From an uncultured archaeon (GTDB lineage: Archaea; Asgardarchaeota; Lokiarchaeia; Sigyniarchaeales; SOKP01), in assembly GCA_964388035.1 (NCBI GenBank), contig CAYLZE010000138.1, positions 1 to 11,525 on the forward strand: a DNA stretch of 11,525 nucleotides, in the 5' to 3' direction. The notes under the pieces are model-generated. The model was not told where the DNA came from. It was given only the letters and a program-made list of their open reading frames with translations, and made no database searches. Both the position numbers and the translations under genes were made by a program. Below are positions 7,254 through 11,525 of the stretch, in pieces (position 1 is the first letter of the stretch; the number at the start of each line of letters is the position of its first letter).

Positions 7254-7883
7254 ATGGATTTCGAAAAATTAACGGAATTGATTGTCGAATTAGAAGTAGA
7301 TGATATAAGTGCTGCAGTAAAAGAAGCATTAGATGAGGGAAAGGATCCATTTGATGTTTTAAACGCTCTCACAAAAGGGATGGATGAGGTTGGAAGAAGA
7401 TACGAGGCTAAGGAATATTATCTCACCGAACTGGTCTTAGCAGGTGAAACCATGAAGGAAGCTTTTGCTATTCTGAAACCTGCATTAGCCGCAGCGGATA
7501 ATTCTCAAGAAAAGAAAAAGATTATACTTGCAACCGTTAAGGGGGATAATCATGATATTGGTAAAAATATTTTAGGTTCATTATTATTGAGTAGTGGATT
7601 TGAGCTCTACGATTTAGGCATGGACGTGGATGCTAAAGCTATTGTGGATAAAGTAAAAGAGACTCATGCCGATGTAATTGCCCTAAGTTCCTTATTAACC
7701 ATGACGGTTGAACAGATACAAGCCGTCCATGAGGCACTTAAAACAGCAGGACTGAGAGATAAGGTGAAGTTAATCGTAGGTGGAGCGCCTTTAAATATGG
7801 AGCTCGCCAAAAAGTTAGGTGCTGATGATTTTGCTGAAGATGCCGTTGATGGTGTTAAGCATATAAAAGAACTGTTAGCATGA
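7254..7883 (+). CDS. Methyltransferase cognate corrinoid (cobalamin-binding) protein, MtaC/MtbC/MttC-like
   Basis: N-terminal cap domain (L..GM..VG.RYE..EYYL.EL..AG..MK), base-off/His-on motif GDNHDIGKN (DxHxxG), DLG.DV, SSLLT.T, VGGAP and GAD...DA. Purine-rich AAAAGGAA upstream. Confidence 0.93.
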   Translation: MDFEKLTELIVELEVDDISAAVKEALDEGKDPFDVLNALTKGMDEVGRRYEAKEYYLTELVLAGETMKEAFAILKPALAAADNSQEKKKIILATVKGDNHDIGKNILGSLLLSSGFELYDLGMDVDAKAIVDKVKETHADVIALSSLLTMTVEQIQAVHEALKTAGLRDKVKLIVGGAPLNMELAKKLGADDFAEDAVDGVKHIKELLA

Positions 7884-7901
7884 ATAAGTAGTCCAAATTA
7901 A

Positions 7902-7975
7902 TTTTTTTATTCTTTATTTTAATTTTCTCTCTTCAAGGAACAATATCAAATTTTTAATGCGAATAAAAAAAAAAA
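7902..7975. terminator. Back-to-back oligo-T terminators between the convergent corrinoid and bcp genes
   Basis: TTTTTTTATTC (7902-7912) on + and its reverse complement GAATAAAAAAA extending to an A11 run (7961-7975), so each strand has a T tract followed by ATTC. Confidence 0.4.
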
Positions 7976-8062
7976 GAATTATCTAAATAAACTTAATATC
8001 CATGTAGAAATCTATTTTACACTCAATTGCATCTTCTAACAGATATAAAATAAAAGAAAGAA

Positions 8063-8551
8063 TTAAGCAACAATCTCTGCTCTTAATTCTGTCAAGACTC
8101 TTTTTACATCTTCTGGGTGTCCATTAACAGATACTTTTGGCCATGTATGAACTATCTTGCCTTCAGGATCAATTAGAAAAGTGCTTCTTATAACACCAAT
8201 AGATTCTTTTCCTCTAAAAGTTTTTTTGCCATATGCACCATATTCTTTTAACACCCTATTCTCCTCATCGCTGAGTAAAGTTACTTTTAGATTCTTTTTT
8301 TCAGCAAATTTAGCATGAGATTCAGGACTATCAGGACTTATTCCTATGACTAGGGCATCTAATTCCTGCAATTCAGGGAGTATTCCCGTAAAACCAATCG
8401 CTTCCGTGGTACAACCAGGAGTATTATCTTTTGGATAAAAATAGAGAACGACATACTTTCCCTTAAAATCCGTTAGGCAAACCTTTTTATTATCCTTATC
8501 GACAAGGCAAAATTCTGGTGCCTTTTCTCCAACACTTAATTTTTCAGCCAT
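8063..8551 (-). CDS. bcp: Peroxiredoxin, BCP/PrxQ subfamily
   Basis: VVLYFYPKDNTPGCTTEA peroxidatic motif, GISPD, LLSD, RSTFLID and V.GH. The likely start is ATG at 8551 (MAEKLSVGEKAPEF); the track's 29-aa extension to 8638 is unlike BCP N-termini. Confidence 0.93.
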   Translation of the reverse strand: MAEKLSVGEKAPEFCLVDKDNKKVCLTDFKGKYVVLYFYPKDNTPGCTTEAIGFTGILPELQELDALVIGISPDSPESHAKFAEKKNLKVTLLSDEENRVLKEYGAYGKKTFRGKESIGVIRSTFLIDPEGKIVHTWPKVSVNGHPEDVKRVLTELRAEIVA

Positions 8552-8866
8552 TTTCAAATCCTTATTGAAATATTTTGTTTTTGATAAATTTCTATTAGAA
8601 AAGAGATGATTAGCCAATTTTAAGGTAGGCACTATCAACTATAAATGAACTCTAAGAACATGCTAATGAAATTTGGAAAAAATTAAATTTTTCATTTTTA
8701 AAATAATCCTTGGATTTGTTGTATTTTTGCATGCTACTACTAAGAACTCCAAACGATATGATCTAAAAATAATATTTCTGAGTTGCGGGATTCACCTAAA
8801 AAAATGAAAGTTTAAAGTTTATATGTATTAAAACACAATTTTAATAAAACTGATTCTTTCATTCTA

Positions 8867-10342
8867 TTGGTTTTAATTTTGAAAAAGTTTGACGTTATCT
8901 TCATTCATCCCCCCAGGTTATTACAACAGAGAATTGGATTTCATGGTAATTTGGTTAGGGGTGCATATATCTTTATTCCAATGGGAGTATTTGCCATTGC
9001 TGATTATCTGGAAAGAAATGGATTTGCTGTCAAGCTAATAAACTATCCATTGGAGCAATATCTCAATCCGGATTGGTCCTTAGAAAATTACCTTAGACAA
9101 GTTGAATTTAATATTGTTGCTATTGATTTGCATTGGATTCATAATGCTTTTGGAGCAATTGAAGTGTCAAAAATGGTCAAAACGGTGAATCCGAATGCTA
9201 AAGTTATTTTAGGAGGGTTTAGTGCCTCATATTATGATCAAGAAATACTGAAATACTATCGATCAATCGATGGTATTATAAAAGGAGAGGGTGAGCTCCC
9301 CTTATTAAAGTACGCTCATGAGTTTCAAAATTCTAACTCTTGGGGCTCAGTACCAAATTTAACGTATCGCACGGTTTCAAGCCACATTAAGAGGAATCCT
9401 ATAACTTATGTAGCAGACACATTGGATGATTTGAATTTTACAAATGTATCTCTCTTAGAGCATGCGAGAGAATACTTTGAACGTAGTCGAAAAATAATGG
9501 GAATTTCTTTTAATCTTCCCATTGGACGGGGTTGCCCATTTAACTGCCCATATTGTGCGGGAGGTCAGCGTGCTCAACAATTATTATCGGGGAGGGAAAT
9601 GGTGACATTAAGAAGTCCTGAAAAAGTCGTAGAAGATATCAATTTTATTGCCGACAAATATGATATTCCGAGTATTTTCTTCGGCCACGGGATTTATCCA
9701 GCAACATTTAAATATTTTAAAACCATTTTCCAACTAATCCAAAAGGAAAAGCATGATATAGGAGCAGATTTAGAAATATGGCGGCTCCCTTTCACTCAAG
9801 AAATGTCGAAAATCTTCTCAAAAACCTTTACTAAAAAAGATAGTTCCCTTAGCATTTCTCCTCGCACGATTTCCAGCAGAGTACACGAGAAAATAAGTAA
9901 AATTTGTGATCCTACTTTTAAATTTCCTTTAAGCCAAATAAAAGAAGTAATAGATAATTCCATTAAATTTCAGACCGATCTGAGGATTTGGTTGACAATA
10001 GGATACCCTTTTCAAACCATTTATGATATTCTTAAAGATATTAGGTTCGTGTTGCATTGTTTGGTTAAGTATGGAGGTTCAAGAGCAAAACCTATTACCA
10101 TAATGAATGAGTCCTATTACATTTTTCCTGGATCTCCCGCTCATCAAGCTCCCGAGAAATTTGGGGTAAAATTGAAATATGATTCTTTTCCTGAAATTTT
10201 GCAGGCATTTAAAAAAACCAAAATATCATTTTTCTATAACGTTTTAAATTATGATAAAAAATATGTGTCATCTCATTTAATTAAAATTTCAAATTTACTC
10301 TTTTTTATTAGTTCCTCTCCATTATTTTTATCAATGGGGTGA
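8867..10342 (+). CDS. Cobalamin-binding domain / radical SAM protein (class B architecture; resembles Ta0216-type family)
   Basis: N-terminal B12 domain (FIHPP...PMG...IA.YL, IDLHW.H...GA, LGG.SAS, GEGE.P, VPNL) followed by GRGCPFNCPYC (CxxxCxxC) and RSPEKVVEDI. TTG start at 8867 or 8879. TTTATATG at 8818-8825 is a candidate TATA box. Confidence 0.88.
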   Translation: MVLILKKFDVIFIHPPRLLQQRIGFHGNLVRGAYIFIPMGVFAIADYLERNGFAVKLINYPLEQYLNPDWSLENYLRQVEFNIVAIDLHWIHNAFGAIEVSKMVKTVNPNAKVILGGFSASYYDQEILKYYRSIDGIIKGEGELPLLKYAHEFQNSNSWGSVPNLTYRTVSSHIKRNPITYVADTLDDLNFTNVSLLEHAREYFERSRKIMGISFNLPIGRGCPFNCPYCAGGQRAQQLLSGREMVTLRSPEKVVEDINFIADKYDIPSIFFGHGIYPATFKYFKTIFQLIQKEKHDIGADLEIWRLPFTQEMSKIFSKTFTKKDSSLSISPRTISSRVHEKISKICDPTFKFPLSQIKEVIDNSIKFQTDLRIWLTIGYPFQTIYDILKDIRFVLHCLVKYGGSRAKPITIMNESYYIFPGSPAHQAPEKFGVKLKYDSFPEILQAFKKTKISFFYNVLNYDKKYVSSHLIKISNLLFFISSSPLFLSMG

Positions 10343-10615
10343 AATGATACCGAATTTAAGAAAGATACAGGATTGATGGATGAGGTACATCTTTCTAGCA
10401 AGCTAAGTGGCAAAAATTAGCGTCATGTATGAAAATTATATCATGATTTAAATATATTATAAAATATATTTCTTCATCACATTATTTAAGAGCCATGAAA
10501 AATTTAAAGAAGATACAAAAATAAATTTAAGAAACATAAATAGGACTACAAAGAACTTAAAGAAATTTCAGACCTAACAATATGCAATACATGTGAAAGG
10601 AAAAAGGTGGATTAA

Positions 10616-11525
10616 ATTAAATTACATGTGGCTACAAATTGGGACCCTATTTTAATTGATAAATTGACGAAGTATCCTGTAGCAGATTTATATGGGGTAG
10701 CAGATCATTCTATCGTCGGAGGAGGGCGGCCCTCATTTCTTTTACCAAAAGTTACAACAGAACAAATTGCGGATTATATTAAAAAAGTTCATGATAATGG
10801 CATGGAGTTCTCATATTTATTAAATGCGCCATGCATGGATAACATAGAATATAATCCAGAATATCATAAAGAGCTAATAAAGTACATATCATGGATAAGC
10901 GAGATTAAATCAGATAGCGTTATCGTTACCATCCCTTTTTTAATTCAAGTGATAAAGGAACAATTTCCCGAATTGAAGATACGTGTGTCCACAATAGCAC
11001 ATATTAATAGCGTGGCAAGAGCGCGATTTTATGAAAAACTGGGGGCGAATGAAATGACTCCTGACGTTATGATCAACCGTGATTTTACTACATTAAAGAA
11101 AATCAGGGAAATAGTTAATGCTAAAATAATATTGCTGTTAACGGACGGTTGCTTATATCAATGTCCATTTAGATATTATCATTATAACATTTTGGGTCAT
11201 GCATCTCAAACATATCAACAATTTGAGCGTAATTATATTGATACATGTATTTTAAATTGCAGTGTGATTAAGTTTTCAACTCCCGAAGAAGTACTTAAAG
11301 CGAGATGGGTTCGACCAGAAGATTTATCCCATTATGAAGCCATTGGAATTGAAGATTTTAAAATTGCGGGACGAAGGATGACAACCGATTGGATTGTCAG
11401 ATCTATTGATGCTTTTTCTTCAAGGAAATATGAAGGAAATCTTATCGATATAATACAAGGATTTTCAATGTCTTTTGGGGGACTTCAAGAGAAAGATCCT
11501 AATCTCAACTTGAGAACAACGATTG
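10616..11525 (+). CDS. U32 'peptidase' family Fe-S protein (3'-partial; not in ORF track)
   Basis: Open to the window end: IKLHVATNWD...GGGRP...FSYLLNAPC...VSTIAHINS...INRDF..L...GCLYQCPF...CILNC...WVRPEDL..Y...FKIAGR...YEGNLIDI. The Cys cluster and FKIxGR motif are characteristic of U32. An in-frame TAA at 10613-10615 bounds the 5' end. Confidence 0.88.
   Translation, partial: MKLHVATNWDPILIDKLTKYPVADLYGVADHSIVGGGRPSFLLPKVTTEQIADYIKKVHDNGMEFSYLLNAPCMDNIEYNPEYHKELIKYISWISEIKSDSVIVTIPFLIQVIKEQFPELKIRVSTIAHINSVARARFYEKLGANEMTPDVMINRDFTTLKKIREIVNAKIILLLTDGCLYQCPFRYYHYNILGHASQTYQQFERNYIDTCILNCSVIKFSTPEEVLKARWVRPEDLSHYEAIGIEDFKIAGRRMTTDWIVRSIDAFSSRKYEGNLIDIIQGFSMSFGGLQEKDPNLNLRTTI

Noticed and set aside
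4568-7372. Minus-strand track ORFs 4568..4792, 4909..5229, 5620..5877, 6128..6331, 6205..6405, 7148..7372
   Set aside because: Antisense shadows of the GH94-like and corrinoid genes.
8552-8866. Cobalamin riboswitch or ncRNA upstream of the B12-radical SAM gene; short repeats CTAAGAAC and CATGCTA
   Set aside because: No B12-box or conserved riboswitch core and no stable GC-rich stems. The 7-8-nt repeats are expected by chance.
10340-10420. Selenocysteine or read-through at the radical SAM TGA (25 further open codons to TAG 10418-10420)
   Set aside because: A short extension is compatible with chance, the position is not a catalytic Cys site, and no SECIS-like hairpin was recognised.
1-11525. 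CRISPR array, tRNA/rRNA, transposase or integrase
   Set aside because: No regularly spaced repeats, cloverleaf or rRNA-like segments, or recombinase motifs were seen.

Overview
AT-rich, gene-dense window. TTTATATA-type promoter boxes, oligo-T terminators and the gene content suggest an anaerobic archaeon, possibly Asgard/Lokiarchaeia (inferred, not verified). Left to right: a 5'-truncated URO-D/MtaA-family gene, dhaK, dhaL, a decayed clan GH-A glycosidase-like remnant (-) that continues through an in-frame TAG, a ribbon-helix-helix regulator, a convergent two-gene module (nucleotidyltransferase plus a 55-aa partner missed by the ORF track), a 899-aa GH94-like enzyme with apparently altered phosphate-site motifs, a stand-alone corrinoid protein, a BCP peroxiredoxin (-), a B12-binding radical SAM protein, and a 3'-truncated U32-family protein (absent from the track) that appears to start at ATT. 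No rRNA, tRNA, CRISPR array or transposase was recognised. Main leads: the divergent GH94-like enzyme, co-location of sugar catabolism with corrinoid methyl-transfer components, the NTase/small-protein pair, and a recurring AATGAT/ATCATT operator-like motif. All family calls come from motifs recognised by eye, with no database searches.
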